The notes beneath the pieces were generated by a model that was not told the origin of the DNA, did no database searches, and was given only the letters and a program-made list of their open reading frames with translations. Both the position numbers and the translations under genes were made by a program. From contig CAWFAK010000012.1 in NCBI GenBank assembly GCA_963813715.1, positions 160,001-224,000 of the forward strand: DNA of 64,000 nt, given 5' to 3'. Shown here piece after piece: positions 54,984 through 64,000 of the stretch. Source of the DNA: an uncultured Planctomycetaceae bacterium (lineage in GTDB: Bacteria > Planctomycetota > Planctomycetia > Planctomycetales > Planctomycetaceae). Position 1 is the stretch's first letter, and each line of letters starts with the position of its first letter.

Positions 54984-57926
54984 ATGTCACGGCTCGTTGG
55001 CATTCTCTTTCTCGCAATCGGAACGCTGCATGTCGCGAGCGCGACGCGTGCTGATGACGGTCCTTCGGCCGGCCAGACCGTTTACTTGACGGTTCGCGAA
55101 CCCGAGGTTGCCGGTCCCGCGGGGGGCATCGCGCCGATGGGCATGCGCGAGCTGGTGCGCCAGGCGTTTCTTGTAGCGGCCCGCGATGAATTGGGACTCT
55201 CCACGCGCGACGTGATGCTGCGCGAGGACTTCCCGGACAAACCCGACGAAAAGTCTGCTCCTTTCGAACTGTTTTGCCGAACGTTGGATGCAAATGACGA
55301 CCGCAAGATCGAGTACGTCCTGACTCGTCAGGGATCGCCCGACAAGGTGCTTTGGCGCTGGATCTTCACTGCAGAGACGACTCAGCCGCTCGGAGCGCTG
55401 GCAAACAAGGTCGAACTCTTGTCGCGGGGCGAACTCAAAGACGTGCTTGTGCGCGCCGGCTACAAAGGAAAGGTCACGGCGGCCCGAGTCTCGTCCGACG
55501 TGCCGAGCGCGGCGTACGACTTGCTCTTTACCTGGAACGAAATCTCGGTGATTGCCGGCTTGCGCCAGCTGCACGCGGAGATCCGCGCGAAGGGAGAGTC
55601 GCCGGAGCTCCTGGCGGCCCTGGCGGTGGGGTACGCCAATCTGGGCTCGCTCACGGAGTATTACTACAGCGGTGCCTGTAAGGCTTACTATGCGCGTGCG
55701 CTGCTGTACGAGGAGCGATTGTCGCACTGGACGAAGGACTCACCCTGGTCGCTGTGGAACAGCGCCTACGTGGCGACGCAGATCGGACTGCACAGTCTCG
55801 GACTGGAGGCGCTCGAGGACTCCAAAAAGAAGCAGGGCGTCTCGCCTCCTGAAAAGCCCGTTCCGTTCTTTGCGAGCGTGATCGAGGCGTTCGGTCAGGG
55901 AGACCTCCAGCGGATGGTGAAGGTCGCCAAAACGCCGCTGGAGCGACGGCTGGCCGGCTATCTGAACTGGCAGGCCGTCGTCTTCGGCCACCTGAACGAT
56001 TTGACGCTACAGGCCCTGCAAGATTTCATCCGAGAGTGTCCAGACTCCCCTCGGGCCTACGACTCGCTCGCGGCATCCGGCGAGCTAGGCCCCTCGCGAA
56101 TGGCGGCGGAATCGGCATTCAGCGTCACCGGCGCCTTCCTCCGCAAGCGATTGTTGGACGTTGCCGGCCTTCCGGAGGCCGCGGCAAAACGAGTCCGAGA
56201 TTCCGGCAAGACCCAGGATATCGCCGAAGAGATTGAATTTCGCAAGGGCGTCGTTGCGGATCTGAAAAAAGCCGGGGCACCGGGAGTCGACCGGGGCGAA
56301 CCCTCGCTCTCGGCACTCGGGCACACGATCGAAGAGATCGATTTCGCCCAACTCATGCGCCGACTGGAGATCAATCGAAACAAGCTGAGCGTCCCGGTCG
56401 ACGACATCATTGAATCCATGGATCCGCTCTGCGCGGCCCATCCCTATGCCGCCTACATCAAGGCGTTCAGCCAAAGCAAGCCGGAGAGGGAATCGGCCGC
56501 CGCGCTGCTCGTCAACAAACTCCAACTGTTTGCGGTCAGGATCAAGGAGCGATCGCTCTTGAGCTGGCTCTACCAAATCACCCCGACCGGGCGTCTGCAT
56601 GACTGGTATCAAGTGCCCGGGATGCACTCCGACATGATTTTTGTCGACCAGATGCGCTGCATCCAAGCGGGGTTGTACGGCGTGCCGGACGACGCCAAGT
56701 ACAACGCTCCGTCCATGCGGAGGTGCTGGGAAGTCAGCAAAAAGCTGCCGCTGGCGGTCGCCATGCGAATCGTGCGTGACTGGGCGCATGCGAAGACCGA
56801 AGTCAAAGCCTACGAGCGTGATTATGTCGGCGACCCCACCGTCATGGGCGCCTTGGCCGATCGTTACTATGCGCTCAAGCGTTACGACGATGCCGAACGT
56901 TGCGCGAAGCGGCAAGTCGAGATCCATCCGGGCTATCCGTCGTATCGACTGCTGGCCGCGGTTTACAAGGCGAAGAAGGACCACGTGAAGTGGAAGGAGA
57001 CTCTGGACAAGGCGATCGAACTGCCGTCCGCTGGACTCGAGCAAGCCCAGCTGCAAAACCAGATCGCTTTGGACTTCATGAGTCGCAACGAATGGAACGA
57101 GGCCGTCACCTACGCCGACGCGGCCGCCGAGAGCTATTCCGGCTGGTCGATGATGACGGCGGCCCGCTGCCACGAGATGCTCGGCGAGTGGAAGAAATCC
57201 GAGCAATTGGTCCGCGCGGTCTCGGAGCGCTACGACAACAGCACGTTCGAGTGGATGTATTGGTGTCACCGGACCGGACGCGGCGATATTCGAGCGGCCG
57301 ACGAGTTCACTCGCACCAAAATCGAGGCCCTCGGGACCGCGCTTTATCCCGAGCAATATCGAAACATCGGGCACTATTATCTGCTGACCGGTGAACCGCT
57401 GAAGGCGCTCTTGCTCTACAAGCGCGCCTACGAAAAGGCCCACGACCCATTTACCGGCTTGCACGCGGCGCTGGCGGCGGACAGGAGCGGCAAGACGGCA
57501 GACCGCGACGCGCTCTTTCAGCAGATCCTCGACACCAAGCCGCCCGCCAATCCCGTCGAAGCGCGGAAAATCGACTATTACAAGCAGTTGGTCCGGCAAC
57601 TTCGGGACATGCTGCCGCCCAAAGGCGAGAAGGAAATCAATCTTCCCGAAGTCGAAAACATCCTGAAGGTCGCCGCACCCAAAGATCTCGCCGCGTCCAC
57701 GCTCCCATATTTTGTCGGAGTGTTTCTCAGGGACCGCGGCGACTTGGAGACCGCCAAGACTTATCTGATTCGCTGCGCCGAGTCGAAAGACTGGCAGAAG
57801 GTCAACAATGCCCTCGCGTGCCAGTTGCTGCGGGAATTGAAGGCCGAAGTTCCGCCCAACGTAGACCGGCCCAAGAAAACCGAGCCTGCAAAGACTCCAG
57901 CGGACAAAAAGCCCAAAGGCTCCTGA
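54984..57926 (+). CDS. Large secreted all-helical/TPR-like hypothetical protein
   Basis: Signal peptide MSRLVGILFLAIG...TRA; ~980-codon uninterrupted ORF with TPR-like helices. Confidence 0.75.
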   Translation: MSRLVGILFLAIGTLHVASATRADDGPSAGQTVYLTVREPEVAGPAGGIAPMGMRELVRQAFLVAARDELGLSTRDVMLREDFPDKPDEKSAPFELFCRTLDANDDRKIEYVLTRQGSPDKVLWRWIFTAETTQPLGALANKVELLSRGELKDVLVRAGYKGKVTAARVSSDVPSAAYDLLFTWNEISVIAGLRQLHAEIRAKGESPELLAALAVGYANLGSLTEYYYSGACKAYYARALLYEERLSHWTKDSPWSLWNSAYVATQIGLHSLGLEALEDSKKKQGVSPPEKPVPFFASVIEAFGQGDLQRMVKVAKTPLERRLAGYLNWQAVVFGHLNDLTLQALQDFIRECPDSPRAYDSLAASGELGPSRMAAESAFSVTGAFLRKRLLDVAGLPEAAAKRVRDSGKTQDIAEEIEFRKGVVADLKKAGAPGVDRGEPSLSALGHTIEEIDFAQLMRRLEINRNKLSVPVDDIIESMDPLCAAHPYAAYIKAFSQSKPERESAAALLVNKLQLFAVRIKERSLLSWLYQITPTGRLHDWYQVPGMHSDMIFVDQMRCIQAGLYGVPDDAKYNAPSMRRCWEVSKKLPLAVAMRIVRDWAHAKTEVKAYERDYVGDPTVMGALADRYYALKRYDDAERCAKRQVEIHPGYPSYRLLAAVYKAKKDHVKWKETLDKAIELPSAGLEQAQLQNQIALDFMSRNEWNEAVTYADAAAESYSGWSMMTAARCHEMLGEWKKSEQLVRAVSERYDNSTFEWMYWCHRTGRGDIRAADEFTRTKIEALGTALYPEQYRNIGHYYLLTGEPLKALLLYKRAYEKAHDPFTGLHAALAADRSGKTADRDALFQQILDTKPPANPVEARKIDYYKQLVRQLRDMLPPKGEKEINLPEVENILKVAAPKDLAASTLPYFVGVFLRDRGDLETAKTYLIRCAESKDWQKVNNALACQLLRELKAEVPPNVDRPKKTEPAKTPADKKPKGS

Positions 57927-58139
57927 GAGCCGATGCGGAATGACCTTAGGCCCGCACGCGCTGGGTATTACATAACTGGCTAGCGATCGTCATCCTCATC
58001 GTTTTTGAGACGTCTCTTCGCTGGTCCCTGAGTGGGACTCTCCGGGAATTCGGTCGGATCTCGGAGTCCTCGCTCACGCTTCGGGTTGGTGTGGGCGCGA
58101 AGACGTTGGGGAGAGTGCAAATCGTTGATTCACCGATCC

Positions 58140-58336
58140 CATCGGCGAGCGCCTGGGTGACTCCCTCGATCTCTACGCACCCAGGCCGATCGCCAGCGGA
58201 CGCGTCATCCTGACGACCAAGAGTCTTCAGGCCGGCCGGCATACGATCCGGTTCGAAATCGTGGGCAAGAATCCAAAGTCGACAGGGACCGACTTCGGCG
58301 TCGATTGCTGCGAGGTCGCTCCGCCGGACCGCTGAG
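58140..58336 (+). pseudogene. Fragment resembling a C-terminal beta-sandwich of DUF2961-like/carbohydrate-binding proteins
   Basis: Disrupted frames read GERLGDSLDLYAP and AGRHTIRFEIVGKNPKSTGTDFGVD; no start codon, preceded by a REP copy. Confidence 0.45.
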
Positions 58337-58380
58337 GTCGAAGAAGAGATCGTGAGCATATCAGAGCTCTCGCCGAGTGC

Positions 58381-59576
58381 TCAGCTCGCCGACCGTTCGC
58401 CTGCGCCTCGAAGCACCTCGGCGACCTCTGCGTGTCCCTTTCCTATCGCAAGGTCAAGCGGCGTTTGACCGTCACCGTTTGTCAGCAGCGGGTTAGCTCC
58501 CTGATCGAGCAACAGTCGCACGATCTGAGCGTGGTTGTTGCCGGCCGCCTCGTGTAGAGGGCTGGTCTTTCCGTCCATGACGTTGAGCAGACTTGGATCT
58601 TCGGCAAGGCGGGCACGGACCAGAAAGTCAAAGCCCCAGTTGGCCGCAACGCAAATGCCAAAAGATCGCGGCTTGCAGCCCAGAACTGGGTCACGCACTT
58701 CCGGATCGGCCCCGGCCTGCTCGAGCAGGGCAATCACCGTGCGCGAGCCGCCGAAGTACGCCCAGTGCAGGGGCGTCGCTCCCAAGAAGGCCCGAAACGA
58801 GAGATCCGGCCGCTTCTCCAAAAGGAATCGCACGACGTCGGCCTGGCCGTTGCGAGAGGCGATGTAAAGCGCGTCGGAAAGTTGATCCCGACCCGACAAC
58901 GGCGGACACGGCAAACGCGTTCCATCGGGTGCAAAACGACTGCTGCCGGTGCGCGATGCGCCGGGAACGAGTTCGCCTGCATCATCGAAGTGGGCTTGAA
59001 CCTCTTCCAGCGCGCCGATTCCCGCCGCGCAAAAGACGTCGGCCTCTGCTCCCAGCGCCACGAGAGTGCGGGCGCATTCGGGCGCGTTGCAGGTCACGGC
59101 CCAGGAGACGGCCGTGTGACCCGACTTCCCGATTTTGGCATCAACGTCGGCACCATAAGCGACCAGCACCGTCGCCAATCGCGGGTCGTTGCACTGCGCG
59201 GCCACATGCAGCGGCGTTTGACCTTCGGAACCGTAGGCCGCCGCCAGAGCCGGGCGGCGACTGAGCAGTTCGGTGACGGCCAGTTCTTCGCCCGCCTCGA
59301 CTGCCGACAGGAGTTGCACGAGATCGGGATCGTCGGGCGACGCGCCGCTGCGGCACGCCCTCGAACTCCGCGGAGCACCGCATCGAGCTTCTCGCGAACC
59401 AGTTCGACGTGGGCCTTGAGTTTGCGCCAGCTCGCGAAGCCGAATTCGCGGGCGACCTCAAGCTGCACGTCACTGAGCCGAGCGGTCGGATTAGTCGCGC
59501 GCAGCGCGTCGAGGCGGTCTTTGCTGAGTTTCTTGAGCCACTCGAGACTGGCGCGGAGGGGGAGCGAGCGAGACAT
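58381..59576 (-). CDS. Ankyrin-repeat protein with conserved N-terminal helical domain, frameshift at ~59345
   Basis: MSRSLPLRASLEWLKK...AREFGFASWRKLK; GQTPLHVAA, ATPLHWA, SPLHEAA, GQTPLDLA. Confidence 0.9.
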
Positions 59577-59580
59577 GCGG

Positions 59581-59710
59581 ATAACCTTCTTTCAACTGCG
59601 CCCGGCGTCCGCGATCACGGGCAGAAAGAAGGCCATCAGAATTTGGCAGGCTGACGAGTGGGTTCAACCCTGCACGCGGACCGTCGGCCGCTCGTCACGG
59701 CCAAAATCCA
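59581..59710 (-). promoter_or_regulatory. Candidate structured 5' leader RNA of the ankyrin gene
   Basis: Two hairpins with complementary loops (GTCCGCG/CGCGGAC); CCTTCTTTC pairs with the GAAAGAAGG RBS region. Confidence 0.55.
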
Positions 59711-59751
59711 CTCTAAACGCGGACCACGGGTCGAAGCAACAGTGCGGTCGG

Positions 59752-60472
59752 TTAGCCCCGCGTCGAGACGTACTTTGCTCGCACCTCGGGGGCAAGCTGC
59801 TCCACCGCATTGCGCAGCATGGGCCGGGGCATCGTGCCGGCGTGGGCCTTGAGGAACCGCAAGAGCCGCTTCCGGTCCTTTTTGCCGGCGTCGCGAATCC
59901 ACGAGCCCACCGCTTTCTGGACCAACTCGTGTTCGTCATGAACCAGCAACTCGGCGATTCGGAACGTGTCTTCGACATCGCCCTGCCGGATGAAATAGTA
60001 GGTACTGACGATCGCGGTCCGGCGCTCCAGGGGTTGGCGGAACGCGCGAGCTGGTATAAGACGTCACGCGGCTGGTCGGAGAGGTAGCCGCCAACGACAT
60101 AGGGCGCCGCGCGATCGACCAGGTCCCAGTTGTTGATTCGATCATGACGCCGGAGGTACAGATCGAAGAGGGCCCTGCGATGCTCCGGCGAAATGCGTTT
60201 GCGCGGGCTTGGAAATCCATAATGCTCACTGCCCCCATCCGGACTTCGTAGTACGGGCTCCCGAGGAGCCGATCGATGTCAGCGAGCGGCATGTCGATGA
60301 AGAGCTTCGCCACGGCGAAAATCTTGCCATGGCTCACGCCAAGGACCTTGTTGCCGCGGGAGTGGCCATTCGGGTCCGCGCGGAAGAAACGCGACACATC
60401 GGCAACAACGGCCGGATCGGCCAGGTCCTCGAGGGCCGCGACAAACTGCTGACGCAGCTTCGGTGTCGGCAT
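59752..60472 (-). CDS. DNA alkylation repair protein (AlkD-like), frameshifts at ~60195 and ~60025
   Basis: YEVRMGAVSIMD, INNWDLVDRAAP in the shifted frame, VQKAVGSWIRDAGK, MPRPMLRNAVE. Confidence 0.85.
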
Positions 60473-60929
60473 GTTCGAATTGCTCCGGGATAATATGGCG
60501 AGCGTCGTGTGGGCTAATTTCCTTGCTCGCGCGGCTTCCGGCACTCGAATCCGCTCGACACCCGAAATAGGACCAGATGGAGACTTACAGCACTCTATGC
60601 GGCTGTCCCGGTCAACCGAAGTCGGAACACTGCAGAGGCCGAAGTCGACCAAGAAACTCTTCGTTCACCGTCGGGCTGCTGTCGGGGCCCGGTTCACGGG
60701 TGGCACGAGTGAACTGGTGTGGAGTGTGAGAATTGACGTGCGTTGGGTTAAGCGGCCCTCGACGCCGAGCGCGGCGTCGAGGGGTCGCGACTTTCCCGCG
60801 GTCACACGAACCGGCGGCAATGCGATTGCACGCGGACAGCTGGCTTAAGCCCCGTATCCATTCGGCGCCTCGCCGGCCGATAGTTGATCGGAGTCAAACC
60901 ACAACCGCCGCCGGTGGGCGAGAGGCGGC

Positions 60930-61400
60930 TCATTTGTGTTTCTTTGCCGCGGCATTCTGATTGGCGGGGGCGAGCACGATTCTGCCACCCATCACGGTTG
61001 GATGAATCTTGCAGTAATAGCCCAGCTGGATGTTCCCGGAATTGGGATCGACGTCGCCGCCAGCGGCAACGGCAGCGTCATAAATGGCCTGCGTAAACTG
61101 AAAAGCGTGCGGCTGACCATCGGCATTGACTGCCACATCGAAGATCCGCGCGTGTGCGGTGGTCGAGTCCCGCAGTTCGGAAGTTGCCGTATGGTTTGAG
61201 TTCCCAGTCGGGTTGACCCAGTTCACGGTGTCGCCGACGGTGACCACCACGTTGAACTGTTGAGTTTGCCCCTGCTGAATGTATTGGGCATGGTTCTGTG
61301 ACCCTTGCAGGTTGATCGTAATATTGTCCGCACGACCAACTGAACCACTGACAATCGAACCCATGCCGACGAATAACGGAAACAGGACGTTGCGGCACAT
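60930..61400 (-). CDS. Secreted cupredoxin (plastocyanin/azurin-like)
   Basis: Signal peptide; VGDTVNWVN, HTATS, YYCKIHPTVMGG type-1 Cu ligands. Confidence 0.85.
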   Translation of the reverse strand: MCRNVLFPLFVGMGSIVSGSVGRADNITINLQGSQNHAQYIQQGQTQQFNVVVTVGDTVNWVNPTGNSNHTATSELRDSTTAHARIFDVAVNADGQPHAFQFTQAIYDAAVAAGGDVDPNSGNIQLGYYCKIHPTVMGGRIVLAPANQNAAAKKHK

Positions 61401-61511
61401 GAGAATCGCCTTTCGTGGAAATGGGACGGTCAAGAGCAGAATTCTGAAATCCACCGGAGGATATCGCCCAAACGACTACGTCGACTCGGAGGCGGCCGCT
61501 TCGACAAAGCC

Positions 61512-63623
61512 TCACTTGTTTTGCACGCGCTGGCACTGCTCGACGAGCGAATCCATGTCGAAATAGGGTTGTTCGCCGATTGCCTGCCAGCGCCTGCGAC
61601 CTGCCGAATCAATCACAAACAGACCGTGGAGCGGATGATCCGCAAAGCAACCATATTGCTTGAACACGGAGCGACTTTCGTCGGCCAGGAGCAGCAAGGC
61701 GGACTGCTGGCTTCGTGGCTCATCCGAGAGCGCCGTGATCAATGAATTCTTTGAGTCGGTGCCAATCGCCACGACCGACATGCCGGCCGCTTCCAGCGCC
61801 GACTTACGCGCAGAAATCAGCCGCAGCTGCTCGACGCAATGCGGGCACCCTTTCCCACGGTAAAACGCCAGGACGAGCGGGCGTCCCTTGAACTCCGCAA
61901 GAGTGTGCCATTTGCCGTCGGCGCGGGCAGCCGCCAGGTCGCTGCTTGTCCCAGGTCGGGAAGCGGCTGCCGCTGAGCAACCACTTTCGGCTGTGGCGCG
62001 GTGTTATAACATTTCGCCAGGATCCGAAACATCTCCATCATGCCATAGTCTTCGTGGTCGAGTTTGTGGCAGTGAAGCACGGTTTTGCCGGGATAATCCG
62101 CGAACTGGGTGCGGAAGCAAATCGTGTAGTTCTGTGGCAGAAGGATGGTGTCCTTCCAGACCGGTTGCTTGAGTGTTTCGTTGTTATTTGAGTCCTTGAT
62201 CGAAAGAACTTGAAAAGGATTGACGTGAACGTGAAAGGGATGGTTGTCATTGGAAGAATGCAACGTCCATTCTTCCGCGGTATCGACCTGTGGGCACTGA
62301 TCCGTGCGCACCGGATCGAATAGCAGGCCATTGATCGTCCATGTCGTCGCGGAAAGGCCGGTGAGCTCGAACTTTCTGGTCCCGACGAACGTGTTTATCG
62401 GGGCGTAGGGAGCCAACCCGGCTAATTCGATTTTTGCGGAAAAAGCCTTGATTCCTGCGCTTTCCGCAGACGTGAATCCTCGCCAGCACGGCGGCAGGTT
62501 CATCGCGTCCTCGGCGAAGCGCCTTGTCGGCGGTCGAGGCAAGGTCATAGACCAGGTAGTCCCCCGTATGCTCCGGCGCTTTTACCAAGACATCCGATCG
62601 ATAACCCGGAGCCAAGGTGATCGGCTCCCTGGGATAGATGTCACCAAAGGCAATTCCATCGTTGGCAATTTCGTTGAAGAACGGGACTGGCTGGTCGGTG
62701 AGTGTCCTCAGTGCCAGATCGATTCGCTCTCCGATCCCCGCGTGAATCAAACGCCACCGCTGCACTTCGCAAGGGGCCATTTCGATCACGGGTTGCAACA
62801 GCCCGTTAATCGTCGTCTGACGTCCGGGTTCCGGCCAGCTTTGAATCGCGTTGGTCGATTCCACCGTTCCCGGATTTCCGTCGGAAAATGGAATCTGTTG
62901 AAACAACAGAGTGTGCTCTGTCGCGGCTTTGATTTCGGGAACTTCGTCCAAACCGCCTTCGACAATCAGCGCACCTGCCATCCCGCTACAGACCTGGACG
63001 GCCACTGCCATATGCTTATGCGGGTGGTACCAATGTGTGCCGGGCGGATGCTTCGGACCGATCGTGATGGAGTAATCCTGCCGCCCGCGCGGCGGAACCT
63101 GGATAAACGGATTGTCGCTGTTGTCCTCTGGTGAAACGTGCAAGCCATGGGTATGCAGATTGGTCGTGTTGTATCCGTGCGGAATTAAAGGAGGCGTCGG
63201 CTTCGGTTCATCCAACATGTCGTTGATCAACCGGATTGCGAGCGTGTCCCCTGGGCGAACTCGGAACGTCGGCCCCACGAGCCCACCGTTGTACGACCGT
63301 AACTTCACGACATGGCCGCCGATGGTGTTGTAGGCGTAATTGACCACGAGCGTCGTCTGCAAAATCCCGTCTCCCGAGTGAACCACGGGCGGATCTCGAA
63401 ACGGAACCTGGCTGGCGATCGCCCCGGACTTCGACGCGCGTTCGTAATCTTGGATAAAGGTCAAGGTCCTCACCGGTGGGGCGACCGGCACGTGATCGTC
63501 GGACACCTGGCCCTGTCGTGGCACGCCCGAGGCAGCCGTCATCGCATCTTCGGCGGCTGACTTCGAACCCAAACCGATGAGAAGAGCTAGTGCGACAGCG
63601 AATTTGGCGTTTTGTGTTAGCAC
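61512..63623 (-). CDS. Multicopper oxidase, apparently fused to a C-terminal AhpC/TSA redoxin domain; frameshifts at ~62400-62460 and ~61920
   Basis: NLHTHG, WYHPH, HPFHVH, HCHKLDHEDYGMM; no stop before a shift into DGKWHTLAEFKGRPLVLAFYRGKGCPHCVEQL...HGLFVID. Confidence 0.8.
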
Positions 63624-63752
63624 AGATTCCTCTCACGTAATGACTCGAGAAGGCAATGGCAAAGGATGCAATAAGCACAGCCCCAATTGTGGGTGTGGCT
63701 CATTTATTTCACCGTCCGCGACGAACAATTCAATAACCTAAACAGACTATTC

Positions 63753-63780
63753 ACCATTGACAACAAAAGTTGTCAATGGT
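63753..63780. promoter_or_regulatory. Perfect palindromic operator
   Basis: ACCATTGACAAC-AAAA-GTTGTCAATGGT, 11 bp before the HTH gene ATG; contains TTGACA. Confidence 0.75.
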
Positions 63781-63791
63781 ACCGTCGTCTC

Positions 63792-64000
63792 ATGCTCGAC
63801 ATCCAAGTCATCGACGATCCGGCGACGGCGACGGTGGCCTTGGAGCCGGTGCGGAGTCGACTCCTCTCCGAGCTCGTCGCACCCGCGTCGGCGGCAACAT
63901 TGGCCACGCGGGTCGGCTTGGCTCGGCAGAAGGTCAACTACCATCTGCACGCGCTGGAGGCGCACGGGCTGGTGCGGCTGGCCCAGGAACGCAAGTGGGG
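63792..64000 (+). CDS. ArsR/HTH_20-type transcriptional regulator (truncated by window)
   Basis: MLDIQVIDDPATATVALEPVRSRLLSELVAPASAATLATRVGLARQKVNYHLHALEAHGLV. Confidence 0.88.
   Translation, partial: MLDIQVIDDPATATVALEPVRSRLLSELVAPASAATLATRVGLARQKVNYHLHALEAHGLVRLAQERKW

Overview
High-GC chromosomal segment, most likely from a planctomycete. The evidence is the planctomycete-style L28/gatCAB block, FlgI-HEAT protein beside smc, FloA, DUF1080, Ser/Thr kinase-TPR protein and a Cys-rich CPNGQC protein. Housekeeping content: a nucleotide-sugar operon, tRNA-Leu(CAA), typA, S41 protease, csrA, rpmB-gatCAB, NatAB-type ABC transporter, nrdJ with tandem NrdR boxes, smc, thyX and rpsU. About 20 genes, including essential rpmB, carry single-base frameshifts, which most likely reflects long-read assembly error rather than gene decay. 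Main unexplained structures: (1) two inverted, homologous non-coding mosaics (about 32.9-33.7 kb and 49.45-50.8 kb) built from a recurring GGGACGGGACACGTTGTTTCAC motif, with permuted modules and inserted REP-like elements; (2) a candidate cis-regulatory RNA with two hairpins, complementary loops and RBS sequestration upstream of an ankyrin gene; (3) a HUH/Y1 transposase inside perfect 63-bp inverted repeats with a distant solo copy; (4) a divergent sigma54-like csrA/S41 versus Cys-rich secreted protein locus; (5) a dual sulfotransferase cluster; (6) an apparent multicopper oxidase-redoxin fusion next to a cupredoxin. All calls come from motif reading only; no database searches were run.
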